Shown: positions 1-11,399 of the stretch, in pieces
How the letters are laid out: the number at the start of each line of letters is the position of its first letter
Position numbering within the stretch: position 1 is the stretch's first letter
Assembly (NCBI RefSeq): GCF_006345805.1
Contig: NC_043015.1
Coordinates: 28,768,001 to 28,832,000, forward strand
Origin: Octopus sinensis
Lineage: Eukaryota
DNA length: 64,000 bases
Reading direction: 5' to 3'
Translations under genes and position numbers: made by a program
The notes under the pieces: model-generated
Told to the model about the DNA's origin: nothing
Databases searched by the model: none
The model's input: the letters and a program-made list of their open reading frames with translations, nothing else

Positions 1-13
1 TTATTCATTCCAG

Positions 14-112
14 TTATATTGGTGAAAACAAACAGCTTGAAGTTCTGAATATGTGTATGACCAGAGGAATCACAGATAATGGCCTCATGCCTATTGCTTC
101 CAACTGTAGAAA
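14..112 (+). CDS. SKP2: SKP2 internal exon (LRR region): YIGENKQLEVLNMCMTRGITDNGLMPIASNCRK
   Basis: CAG acceptor at 11-13, GTAAGT donor at 113; open LRR-like frame resembling human SKP2 [32 protein letters not shown] (recalled); phase 2 end fits next exon. Confidence 0.85.
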
Positions 113-249
113 GTAAGTCAGTTCACCATTTATTATTTTTGAGTCTTCTATCATTACTGCAGTGATTTTTTTTTCCTATCTTCATTATTTGTGTCGTTAT
201 CACCAAGTGTGGCTGTGTGGTTAAGATGTTCGCTCTACATCCACATATA

Positions 250-649
250 GGCACAGGAGTGGCTGTGTGGTAAGTAGCTTGTTTACCAACCACATGGTTC
301 CGGGTTCAGTCCCACTGCGTGGCACCTTGGGCAAGTGTCTTCTCCTATAGCCTCAGGTCGACCAATGCCTTGTGAGTGGATTTGGTGGACGGAAACTGAA
401 AGAAGCCCGTCGTATATATGTATATGTATATATATGCGTGTGTGTGTTTATGTGTCTGTGTTTGTCCCCTAGCATTGCTTGACAACCGATGCTTGTGTGT
501 TTATGTCCCCGTTACTTAGCGGTTCGGTAAAAGAGACCGATAGAATAAGTACTGGGCTTACAAAAGAATAAGTCCCGGGGTCGAGTTGCTCGATTAAAGG
601 CAGTGCTCCAGCATGGCCGCAGTCAAATGACTGAAACAAGTAAAAGAGT
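250..649 (+). mobile_element. tRNA-derived SINE family A, full length
   Basis: Head GGCACAGGAGTGGCTGTGTGG with B box GGTTCAGTCC, CORE-like CCTTGGGCAAGT, (TA)/(TG) linker, tail ending GAAACAAGTAAAAGAG; about 20 copies in window. Confidence 0.85.
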
Positions 650-721
650 ATAGTTAAAAGTTCAATTCCACTGCATGGAACCTAGGGCAAGCCTCTACCT
701 TAGCTCTAGGTGGACCAAAGC

Positions 722-880
722 CATCATCATCATCATCATCCTTTAACATCTGTTTTCCATGCTGGCATGGGTTGGACGATTTGACCAGAGCTGGCAAACT
801 ACACCAAGTTCTGGTCTGATTTGGCTTGGTTTCTATGGCTGGACGCCCTTCCTAATGCCAACACACTTTACAGTGTGTGC
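722..880 (-). mobile_element. RTE-type retroposon 3' end (family C) with (GAT)n tail
   Basis: AGGAAGGGCGTCCAGCC...CCAACCCATGCCAGCATGGAAAA motif and (CAT)n at left; about 10 copies in window. Confidence 0.7.
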
Positions 881-1179
881 TAGATGGTACCAGTACAAAT
901 GCTTTTAAATAGTGCTCGCATGAGAAAGCATATGGCCAGTACGGGGCACAAATCCATGGCATTCACGTTATCAGCGAATGGATTTAGTAAATGGAAACTG
1001 AATGAAGCCCATCGTGTGTGTGTGTGAAATTGTGAGTGAGTGTATGTATGCTTGTGTCTCTGTCTTGACATATGATTGTTGTAAACGATTGTCATTATCA
1101 TACAAACTGTGTGGTCAGATATGTTTTTCACACTGGAATCGAACTGCATCACTTGCACGATGGTAATGCTTGTTTACAA

Positions 1180-1400
1180 TCATCACGTAGTATGAAGACA
1201 CAGGTACACACACACACACACACACACACAAACATATATATACATACATATATATGACGGGCTTCTTTCAGTTTCCGTCTACCAAATCCACTCACAAGGC
1301 TATAGTAGAAGACACTTGCCCAAGGTGCCATGCAGTGGGACTGAACCTGGAACCATGGGGTTCGTAAGCAAGCTACTTACCACACAGCCACTCCTACGCC
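1180..1400 (-). mobile_element. SINE family A, 5' half with internal deletion
   Basis: Reverse complement of family A head and core. Confidence 0.75.
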
Positions 1401-1544
1401 TATGCTCGAAATGTTCAAAAACCTACTCTTTTTTTACCACCTTTACCGAGCATCAAACTAGTAAATTCCGTGTGTATGGCCTTGTTCTTTTGTTATTATC
1501 ATTTTTAATGTTTGATTGTTCAACTTTTAACATTCGATTTGACT

Positions 1545-1900
1545 GGGCATGGATTCACTGAAGCTCCGGCGTCTGGCTACGGACTTGGTAAACACCCACA
1601 AAGTTATCAACCACCTCACCAACAACAACACTGAACACCTTTTTGATTTCCATGTGTCTAACTCACGTGGACATGCCTACAAAGTCAGAAAACAACACAG
1701 CTCCCATGACTTTCAGAAACATTTTTCCACGCTCAGAGTTGCTGAAGCATGGAACAAACTGCCTGCGTCAGTTGTTGACTGCCATGACACTGCATCCTTT
1801 AAGGCCCTCATGCTTTCCGAAATCCGCCGAAACTACACCTGATTATACATACACTTTAGATGAGTTGTAGTGCACCTGAGCACTGTACACAATTATTATT
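1545..1900 (+). mobile_element. CR1/L2-group LINE 3' fragment (RT C-terminus + 3' UTR)
   Basis: ORF 1549-1842 RRLATDLVNTHK...RGHAYKVRK...FSTLRVAEAWNKLP matches the typical RRxxxDL...TRGH...RV..WN.LP tail; second copy at 20.5 kb. Confidence 0.8.
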
Positions 1901-1939
1901 ATTTTTTTTATTTTACGATATATGCTGTTTCTTTTTCAG

Positions 1940-2067
1940 ACTGGAATCTTTAAATCTTGCGTGGACAGGACTCGAACAACACAGCCTTATGTATCTTAGC
2001 TTATGTTTACCTGAAAGTTTACTCAAACTAAATATAAGTGGGTTTCGAGAAAATTTGACAGACGAAG
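1940..2067 (+). CDS. SKP2: SKP2 internal exon: LESLNLAWTGLEQHSLMYLSLCLPESLLKLNISGFRENLTDE
   Basis: TTTTTCAG acceptor, GTAAGT donor at 2068; resembles human SKP2 LDELNLSW...ETITQLNLSGYRKNL; phases continuous with neighbouring exons. Confidence 0.9.
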
Positions 2068-2289
2068 GTAAGTTAGAGTTCCTAACCCTCTTCCTTGTGT
2101 TTTATATCTTCGTATTTTTTTTTTTAATGTTTATTTAGTTAATGTTTCTTTCATATTCAACCCCTTTTGATACCAACCCACCTGAGATCACAGCTGGTTC
2201 TATGACATAAAATGCATGACTCCACAACTTCCTATCCCTTCTTTACTAAAATATAAAACTTTTGTGCTTAATCAGAAAGAAAAAAAAAC

Positions 2290-2542
2290 TAATATTATTT
2301 GGCCATTTGCATTATTTACATTCAACGGATATTTGTCCTCATCTTGTTTGTTATTAATACAATGTTTCGGCTGATATACCCTCCAGCCTTCTTCAGGTGC
2401 CTTGCGGAAATTTTGAACCTGGGTTCTCATTCCTAAGGTATTTTTCGATGTTATTATTATTATTATTGTTCGGGTCACTGCTTGGAATCAACTTGGAATC
2501 TTGGGGTTAGTAGCCCACGCTCTTAACCACTACGCCATATGC
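2290..2542 (-). mobile_element. tRNA-headed SINE (family F) with Penelope-like hammerhead-type tail; left arm of head-to-head pair
   Basis: A box TGGCGTAGTGG and B-box-like GAGTTGATTCC on minus strand; tail CTGAAGA-AGGCTG...CAGCC-GAAAC. Confidence 0.7.
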
Positions 2543-2548
2543 CCGTGA

Positions 2549-3035
2549 GCATATGGCGTAGTGGTTAAGAGCATGGGCTACTAACCCCAAGATTCCGAGT
2601 TCGATTCCAAGCAGTGACCAGAACAATAACAACAACAATAATAATAATTATTATTATTATGGAGATATACTTGCATAGCAAGTGACCTGATCTGAGATCG
2701 TGTGCTGGAACAAAAACAATTGCAGCGCGGAAGGTGTTTATAAGCCATTTAAGAAACACACAAAAACCGTTAAATTCACTTCAATTTGTCAAAATATTTT
2801 CGTCACTTTGAGACGGTGACCTAGTCACTGACAAAATTCCATGCTGCATAATAGTAATAACAACAACATCAAGAAATACCTTAGGAATGAGAACCCAGGT
2901 TTGAAATTTCCCCAAGATACCTGATGAAGGCTGGATGGGTATATCAGCCGAAACGTGTTAACAACAAGCAAGATGAGGACAAATATCCATTGAATATAAA
3001 TAATGTAAATAATGCACATAATTCCTCATCTCTTA
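2549..3035 (+). mobile_element. SINE family F, right arm, with ~190-bp insertion (2661-2848) in its (AAT)n linker
   Basis: Inverted homologue of 2290-2542; B box GAGTTCGATTCC; tail CTGATGA-AGGCTG...CAGCC-GAAAC. Confidence 0.7.
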
Positions 3036-3118
3036 AATATAGAACTGTATTTGGCCATTTGTTTTATATTTAAGATTTGAAACTTATTTATAATTCCCAA
3101 ACGATGTTATTTTTCCAG

Positions 3119-3278
3119 AGGTTACCCAGTTAGTGAAGACTTGTCCTAATCTCATAACCGTGGATCTCAGTGATTCTTCATTACTCACAGAAAACTCTGT
3201 CAATGCAATTGTTGGTTTGAAAAGCTTGGAACATCTTTCTTTGACCAGATGTAATCGTATCTTACCAGTTTCGCTTTA
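3119..3278 (+). CDS. SKP2: SKP2 internal exon: EVTQLVKTCPNLITVDLSDSSLLTENSVNAIVGLKSLEHLSLTRCNRILPVSL
   Basis: TTTTCCAG acceptor, GTAAGT donor at 3279; resembles human SKP2 LVRRCPNLVHLDLSDS...LQHLSLSRCYDI. Confidence 0.9.
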
Positions 3279-3341
3279 GTAAGTATGGTATTCTTGTGTC
3301 AAATTTTTACTGATAATTACTAGAAATGAGCAGTTGTGATA

Positions 3342-3645
3342 CCTGTGCTGGTGGCACGTAAAAAGCACCAACCGAACGTGGCCGATGCCAGTGCCGCCTT
3401 GACTGGCTTCCGTGCCAGTGGCACGTTAAAAGCACCAACCGATCGTGGCCGCTGCCAGACTCCCCTGGCACGTAAAAAGCACCCACTACACTCACGGAGT
3501 GGTTGGCGTTAGGAAGGGCATCCAGCTGTAGAAACACTGCCAGATCAGACTGGAGCCTGGTGCAGCCTCCTGGCTTCCCAGACCCCGGTCGAACCGTCCA
3601 ACCCATGCTAGCGCAGAAAACGGACATTAAACGATGATGATGATG
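3342..3645 (+). mobile_element. RTE-type retroposon 3' end (family C)
   Basis: Tandem GGCACGTAAAAGCACC motifs, AGGAAGGGCATCCAGC, (GAT)n tail. Confidence 0.75.
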
Positions 3646-3891
3646 AGTTTGGTGACAAGCCTGTGTAGTTGAGAAGTTTGCTTGTCAACACACGGGTTTG
3701 TGTTTGTTTGTAGTGTGTGTGTGTGGCACTGTAGGTAAGTGTCTTATAACCTTCTACTGACCAGTGCCTTGTAAGCATTGTTGGTAGATGGAAACTGCAC
3801 GAAAATCTCGGTGTCATTGTTTGTTTCCGCTGTAGAAACATGAGCAGCTGTTGTTAATTAGTTTGTTGGTCTAAAGAGCAAGAGACGCTAC

Positions 3892-4462
3892 TGTGTAAGT
3901 TTCAGCGCACATGCGTAGAATTGGATTGCTTCCAGTTGGCCACTGGAAGTTTTCCTCGTGCGCATGTGCAGGAACTGGAACCTAAAAGCCTGACCGCTGA
4001 ATCGGCCTTTCTGGCATGAGCAGCGCTAGCGGTCGGATGTGACTTGACTTTCTCTCAGGGAACAACCCTACCCTCATAGAACCTCACCCCAACGAAGCGG
4101 AAGCGAACCGCTGAATCGGTCTTTCTGGCATGAGCAGTGCTGGTGGTCGGGTGCAGTTTGACTTTCTCTCAGAGAACAACCCTACACTCAGAGAATCTCA
4201 CCCCAAAGAAGCGGGAGCGAGCCGACGAATCGTCTTGACTCGCAACAAGAAAGCATCGCAACCAGTCCTGTGGATTCGGCTGCCTGTTTCCCTACCAGAG
4301 ATACACGTGCACTAGTTCTTACCTGTAAACCGCAGAATAAACCACCACTTACTGTTTTCGAAGACCGCCTGACTTTGTCTCCGTTTATTCCACTTAAATT
4401 GTATGTGATGGGATCAGATCGGATACTCCCCCAGTGTTCCTGAACTCTCTTCCTGTTACACA
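3892..4462 (+). mobile_element. Probable solo LTR (or MITE) with internal 114-bp tandem duplication
   Basis: Inverted termini TGTGTAA...TTACACA; near 4-bp TSD CTAC/TTAC; AATAAA at 4336; GC/CpG-richer than flanks. Confidence 0.5.
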
Positions 4463-5427
4463 TTACTTGGAAACTAGGTAATGGTTGATGACAAGAACAG
4501 TAACGGGCCATAGAATACTGCTGCAGCAAAACCTCATCCGACCCATGTCAGTATGTAAGAAGTGGACATGAAAACTATGGTGGTGCTGGTACTGCTGCTA
4601 CCACTAGTATTGATATTCCTATTGTATTTTACACTGCTGAAAAATATTTTAGGATCATAATCATTGTTTTGACATCCACTTTTCCACACTTGTATAGGTC
4701 AGACATGATTTATTGAGGCCGGCTTTACATGACCAGATGACCTTCCTGTCGCCAATCCTTTGCCTGTGTCTAAGCAATGTAATATTTCCCTATGACCAAA
4801 GATGCTTCCATAGAGTATTGGAAGTGAATGGCATTCGTTTACAACGGTCAACCAGTTCAAGACAAAGACATACACACACAAATCAGGTTCAATTAAAAGC
4901 AAAAAGCACAGATTCCAATCCAAGGCGGTGCGTTAGTGGAATTGTTGGCAGGTTGGACAAGATACCTTGTGCCGTTCCAGTTGTGTTAACTCTGATGCCA
5001 CACTGTCTACAAGTGGATAGGTTTTCCTACGAATAAGCATTAGTGACATAGAGAGAAGAGACTTGCTTGCATGGGCAACTGTCTGGCTTCCTATAAAAAA
5101 ATTTTTTTTTAATCTTGCTCAGACCTACATGTATAGGTGCAGATGCATGGTCAACACTGACCAATGGAAGCACCTCAGTGATGATATGGCTGGCAAGTTC
5201 TCAGATGAAATTTCCTTAAGTCAAAAATATACTGGCTGAAAATTTTTGTAACTCTTTTTCTAATGCTAACTTGAACAGACTTCACTGATGAAGTCTGATA
5301 AGGCAAAAATATGTCTATTTTTGTCTCCCTTGTCTGTAACTCCCCCACCCTTTCAAGTATGTAGATTTAGTAAAATTCATTTTATGAAATTATCTCCCCT
5401 CTATTATCTATCACTAATAGTTTGGGG

Positions 5428-5628
5428 CAGTGGTTTTCAACCAGGGTTCCGCCAGTACAGTCCAGGGGTTCTGCAAGAAGTTACAAAACTGCTAAAATCG
5501 GCAGTAATTTTTAATTCTCCTGTGCAGATATGTGTGCATAAGACTATTGAATTATTGCGCAGGGGTTCCCCGAGCCAGTGGAATGTTTCCTTGGGGTTCC
5601 GCTCCAGCAAAAAGTTTGAAAAGCACTG
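5428..5628. mobile_element. hAT-type MITE (201 bp)
   Basis: TIRs CAGTGGTTTTCAA / TTGAAAAGCACTG; perfect 8-bp TSD GTTTGGGG (5420-5427, 5629-5636). Confidence 0.9.
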
Positions 5629-5985
5629 GTTTGGGGTTTTGAGTTTTTTTTTTTTTGTTTTTTTTTTAATTCAGAAAAAATTTCATTTAGTTAGCTTTTT
5701 GCATACATCAGTCATTACAACACCCCCCACCTCCATTTTCATTATTGCATTTTGCTAATTTCTATTTTTAGAAAGATATTTTAGGGTTGGTGTGAGAGGC
5801 TGAATCTGGCTAGTTTGAACAGAATATAGGTAGATTATTTTGACCAGGTGTTGCTGGTTTAAATGCTAATCAGTTAATGATTATGTTTTCTCAACGAAGG
5901 TTTTAATTTCTGTGTCTTCCTCTCTGCTTTTTCCATATTTTCAATGTTTCATTTTCATTTTCCTTTTTTTTTTATTTCCTTTCAG

Positions 5986-6181
5986 TTCCTTGAGCAACTT
6001 GCCTCACCTGTCTGTCTTAAATATTTATGGAATGTTACCTGATGGAATATTGCAACATCTCAGCGATGCCCTTGGGAAAGTGGCTATCAATAAATGTCCC
6101 TTCACAAAGATTTCTCGCCCTACAACTGGTATCCACAGAACCAGCATCTGGGGTTTGAGAGTCAGAGACAACCCCCTATGA
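5986..6181 (+). CDS. SKP2: SKP2 last coding exon: SLSNLPHLSVLNIYGMLPDGILQHLSDALGKVAINKCPFTKISRPTTGIHRTSIWGLRVRDNPL*
   Basis: Long pyrimidine tract + TTCAG acceptor; resembles SKP2 C-terminus (LQVFGIVPDG...FTTIARPT...IWG); TGA at 6179-6181. Confidence 0.9.
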
Positions 6182-7351
6182 AGTTCTTATTCATATTTTT
6201 TTTTTTTCCCCTTCTTCCTCCTCCACTCATTTCCCAGCTTATCATCATCATCATCATCATCATCATTATCGTTTTAATTGAACTGATCTAAGTAAATACA
6301 AGGGTAGATCATTAATCCCCTGTATTTTGTTCCTGAAGCTCAGTGATTGGAAGGATTAACTTGTAGGTCCCTTTTCTTTTTAGGCACCACCCAGATTGTG
6401 ATTTTTATCCTGCTTCAGGACAGCACATTGTATTTTATTACATCCTAATTATCGTAGCATTTCATTGTCTAATTATCTCGAGACTTACTGTAAAAATCAA
6501 ACCCATTCGTTAACACTGAAATTGTTGTATATTGTTTAAAATTGTAGGTTTTATTTACCTTGATGAATTCGTTTCTTTTATTTAAAGACTTTTATTTGTT
6601 TTTTAAGCGTTAAATTTCATTGCATATTCTCTCCTGCCAAATTCTGTGTAAATTTTTAATGTCAAAGCAAGGGAATTTTTGCAAAATATTTCAATTTAGT
6701 AACTGATGATTTATCATATTTGATGTCACATAAAAGACACACAAACACATATTAGATGCACCCCAGTGTCAACAACATATTCAGGGAAAAATGCCTTTAG
6801 TGCCTTAAAGCTTATAAGAGGTCCAACATCATGTAAAAAAAACTTGGGGTGGTGGGGGGGTTTTTTTGCGGATGGGTCCTCATGCCATCGAATACAATAT
6901 ATAGGAAGCAATGCTTAGAAACAAGATTTTCCATGTGGCACTTGTTACAGTCAATGGATATTATTTCTTGCCCATGCTGTCTGTCTGTCTGCCTCGATTG
7001 GTTTGTTTGTGTGCGTGCATACACACATACATACAGACACACAGTTCATACAGAATTAAATGTATACACAAACAAATGTATATTCAGCCATACTATTACA
7101 AATTCTCACATAAGCACACATTCATATACACTTGTGCTCCTTACATGTGACCTGTGTCCTATTGAATTTTCCTCCTGGGAATTTTCATAACATCCTCATG
7201 GGACCTCTGTTAGAATCATTGATAGAGGCTGAGGTGGAGTGAGAAACGCTAAGCTGCCATGCAGGTCTCACAAATTAAGTTGTGGTCCTCATAATGCCAT
7301 GTGATGTATATCTGTGGCACAAGTGGTTAGAACATTGGCTGTTAATCGTTT

Positions 7352-7612
7352 AGCGTCCGCTTTCCATGCTAGCATGGGTTGGATGGTTCAACTGGGGTTT
7401 GGGAAGCCAGAAGGCTGCACCAGGCCCAGTCTGATCTGGCAATGTTTCTACAGCTGGATGCCCTTCCTAACGCCAACCACTCCGTGAGTGTAGTGGGTGC
7501 TTTTTACGTGCCACTGGCACAGGTGTCAGATGGGGCTGGCAAACGGCCACGGTCGGATGGTGCTTTTTTCGTGCCACCGGCACAGGGGCCAGGCGGAGCT
7601 GGCAACGGACTA
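7352..7612 (-). mobile_element. RTE-type retroposon 3' end (family C)
   Basis: Reverse complement of family C. Confidence 0.75.
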
Positions 7613-8310
7613 AAAAATAAATGGTACAAGCCCACCCAGGAGCAGTCAAATTTTCTAGGGTACAGGTGTTGCTGTATGATTAAGAAGCTTATCCTTGCAT
7701 GTAGATTTGGTAGACGGGAAACTAAAAGAAGCCCATCATGTGTGTGTGCAAGCTTACTCTTGTCTTGATATCATGTGGTGATTGTAAGCAAGCATCACCA
7801 TTATACAAATGTACCTGTGTCTCGATACACAAGGATATGTTGAGTAAGAAATAGTTGTGGAACGGGATTATGTTGAGAAATTCTAGACCAAATTTAGGAA
7901 ATTAATGTGCTGGAGCGGGGAATTGGTCATTCTAACTAAGGGCCAATAATTGGAAAATTGCGAAAGTAAAGAATGTGGTCTTTTGGAATTAAAAACTACA
8001 AAAGCAAAAGATAGGTGAAGGCTCAGACAAAGAAAGGCATTAGGGTGTAAGAAGAATAATGCCAAATACATCTGTAGGATGTTGCCCTTTTGTTTTAATT
8101 AATTTTGAAAGTAACAAAGAATCTAGTAAGATAACTTTCTCATTAATTAAACTGGTATTTGGAACATAAATTAAAATGAAATTTTGATGGACGGTCTTTT
8201 AATCAAGATCATTTATGAAAGAGCAAATTTGCATCAGAACCAAGGTTCTATGTGCATTAGTATTGAAAGGGTTAATAGATAGACGTGGTGGGTTATATTG
8301 TATTAATTCA

Positions 8311-8541
8311 GGTGGTGAGCTGGCAGAAACGTTAGCACGCCGGGCGAAATGCTTAGCGGTATTTCGTCTGTTGTTAGGTTCTGAGTTCAAATTCCGCCGA
8401 GGTCGACTTTGCCTTTCATCCTTTCGGGGTCAATAAATAAAGTACCAGTTACGCACTGGGGTTGATGTAATCGACTTAATCCCTTTGTCTGTCCTTGTTT
8501 GTCCCTTCTATGTTTAGCCCCTTGTGGGCAGTATAGAAATA
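8311..8541 (+). mobile_element. tRNA-derived SINE family B, full length
   Basis: Head GGTGGTGAGCTGGCAGAAACG, B box GAGTTCAAATTCC, GCCTTTCATCCTTTCGGGGTC core; flanking direct repeat ATATTGTATTAATTCA (TSD). Confidence 0.85.
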
Positions 8542-8744
8542 TATATTGTATTAATTCAGCTGTTTGTAACAAAGTGGTTGGGTTATTCTTGGTTTTGAAT
8601 AGGACAGAACTAGTATGTGTCCTTAGTTGTGTTATTATAGCAGTGGCTTATATAACGGTACCAACAGAATAACCAAAGGCTTGTGTTGGATTTTATAAGG
8701 GATTTTTATGAACGTTGATAATATCAGTTCTTGAATTTGCATAC

Positions 8745-9122
8745 TCTCTTTTACTCTTTTAATTGTTTCAGTCATTTGACTGCGGCCATGCTGGAGCACC
8801 GCCTTTTAGTCAAGCAAATCGACCCCGGGACTTATTCTTTGTAAGCCCAGTACTTATTCTATCGGTCTCTTTTGCCGACCCGCTAAGTGACGGGGACATA
8901 AACACACCAGCATCGGTTGTCAAGCAATGCTAGGGGCAGAAACACAGACACACAAACACACACACGCATATATATATATATATACGACAGGCTTCTTTCA
9001 GTTTCCGTCTACCAAATCCACTCACAAGGCATTGGTCGGCCCGGGGCTATAGCAGAAGACACTTGCCCAAGATGCCATGTGGTTGGTTAGCAAGCTACTT
9101 ACCACACAGCCACTCCTGCGCA
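8745..9122 (-). mobile_element. SINE family A lacking its B-box segment
   Basis: Family A with ~26-bp deletion at CCA microhomology (about 9078). Confidence 0.85.
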
Positions 9123-9370
9123 TAGCTATAGGTTTTATAGTACTTACTACTACATGGGCAATCAATGTTTTTCTTGATCCTGGACTGTCTTTTCTGCTTC
9201 TCTCCAGTTGGACCACTGCTGTTTCAGCCCTGTCTCAGTACTCTACTCCCAGCTGTTTTTATAGGGCATCCTCTCCCGAGTCTTGTTGGGGTTTTTGAAT
9301 TGTCATTGATGCTTCTGTAACCATTTTTTCTAGGTAGGTCTGTCAACCCTTCACAACTCTATTTTTACCT

Positions 9371-9780
9371 ATTTCTTTACTACCCACAAGGGGCTAAACA
9401 CAGAGAGGACAAACAAGGACAGATAAACGAATTAAGTATATTATATCGACCCCAGTGCGTAACTGGTATATTGATTTATCGACCCCGAAAGGATGAAAGG
9501 CAAAGTCGACCTCGGCGGAATTTGCACTCAGAACATATAGACAGAAGAAATACCTATTTCTTTACTACACACAAGGGGCTAAACACAGAGGGGACAAACA
9601 AGGACAGACATAGGTATTAAGTCGATTACATCAACCCCAGTGCGTAACTGGTACTTAATTTACCGAAAGGATGAAAGGCAAAGTCGACCTTGGCGGAATT
9701 TGAACTCAGAACGTAACGGCAGACGAAATACGGCTACACATTTCGCCCGGCGTGCTAACAATTCTGCCAGCTCGCCGCCT
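9371..9780 (-). mobile_element. SINE family B tandem dimer inside one TSD
   Basis: Two B units; flanking direct repeat TTCACAACTCTATTTT at 9350 and 9781. Confidence 0.8.
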
Positions 9781-10059
9781 TTCACAACTCTATTTTCACC
9801 TCTGGGAAGAAGCAGTCCATATTAGTTTGAGTTTGACCTCTATTCTTGGACCTGTCCAGAACATGTGGCCCCACCAAGACTTTGTGTTCCGCTGGTATAG
9901 CTCTCAGGTTATTGAGACACACAAACCACCATAATACTACAAAGACTGGATCTTGAGATTTTATAGCAATCTAACTGCCCGTCTCTTTCTAATTGTCTTG
10001 GTTTGTTTGTCCCCCTGATATGCACATCAAATCAATTAACCTCTATGGTACTTCTGCTA

Positions 10060-10463
10060 TACTCTTTACTCTTTCTCTTTTTCTTGTTTCAGTCATTTGA
10101 CTGCGGCCATGCTGGAGCACTGCCTTTAATCGAGCAACTCGACCCCAGGACTTATTCTTTGTAAGCCCAGTACTTATTCTATCGGTCTCTTTTGCCGAAC
10201 CGCTAAGTAACAGGGACATAAACACACCAGCATCGGCTGTCAAGCAATGCTAGGGGGGACAAACACATACACACACACACACACACACATATACATATAT
10301 ACGACAGGCTTCTTTCAGTTTCCGTCTACCAAATCCACTCACAAGTCATTGGTCGACCCGAGGCTATAGCAGAAGACACTTGCCCAAGATGCCACGCAGT
10401 GGGACTGAACCCGGAACCATGTGGTTGGTAAGCAAGCTACTTACCACACAGCCACTCCTGCGC
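10060..10463 (-). mobile_element. SINE family A, full length
   Basis: Reverse complement of family A. Confidence 0.85.
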
Positions 10464-10586
10464 TATATCTTCATTTTCCTTTAAAAACCCTGACAGGTTG
10501 TTTTAGTTTGCTGAGTATTGAACAGAAATGTATATTATTAAGGTTTAATTAATTACTCATGTATAAATTGTATGAAGTTTTATAAG

Positions 10587-10739
10587 TGGTTGGCGTTAGG
10601 AAGGGCATCCAGCCGTAGAAACACTGCCAGATTTGACTGGGCCTGATGAAGCCTTCTGGCTTCACAGACCCCAGTAGAACTGTCCAACCCATGCTAGCAT
10701 GGAAAACGGACGCTAAATGATGATGATGATGATGATGAT
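10587..10739 (+). mobile_element. RTE-type retroposon 3' end (family C)
   Basis: AGGAAGGGCATCCAGCCGTAG...(GAT)n. Confidence 0.75.
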
Positions 10740-10947
10740 TAAATGACAAAACTTGAACATGTATTTGATTTAATTAATCCCTTAAAATGCAGTTTGGCAC
10801 AAGTAACTATTAAATTCAACCTTATCACCTTCAAATTTTCCAAGTGTACTCGGTGGTATCAATCTAATTTCTAGTTTTGAAAGGTTTCGGGGATTAGCAT
10901 TGAGTTGGCTTAATGTTTGCTGTTCTTAGCCCTTAAGAAAAACATTA

Positions 10948-10979
<32 letters not shown>

Positions 10980-10982
<3 letters not shown>

Positions 10983-11187
10983 TCTTTTACTCGTTTCAGT
11001 CATTTGACTGCGGCCATGCTGGAGCACCGCCTTTAATCGAGCAACTCGACACCGGGACTTATTCTTTTGTAAGCCCAGTACTTATTCTATCAGTCTTTTT
11101 TGCCGAACCGCGAAGTGACGGGGACATAAACACACCAGCATTGGTTGTCAAGCAATGCTAGGGAGACAAACACAGACACACAAACAT

Positions 11188-11218
<31 letters not shown>

Positions 11219-11381
11219 CGACGAGCTTCTTTCAGTTTCCGTCTACCAAATCCACTCACAAGGCTTTGGTCGGCCCGAGGCTATAGTAGAAGACACTTGC
11301 CCAAGGTGCCACGCAGTGGGACTGAACCCGGAACCATGTGGTTGGTAAACAAGCTACTTACCACACAGCCACTCCTGCGCC
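10980..11381 (-). mobile_element. SINE family A, full length
   Basis: Reverse complement of family A. Confidence 0.85.
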
Positions 11382-11399
11382 TATATATATATAAATTAA

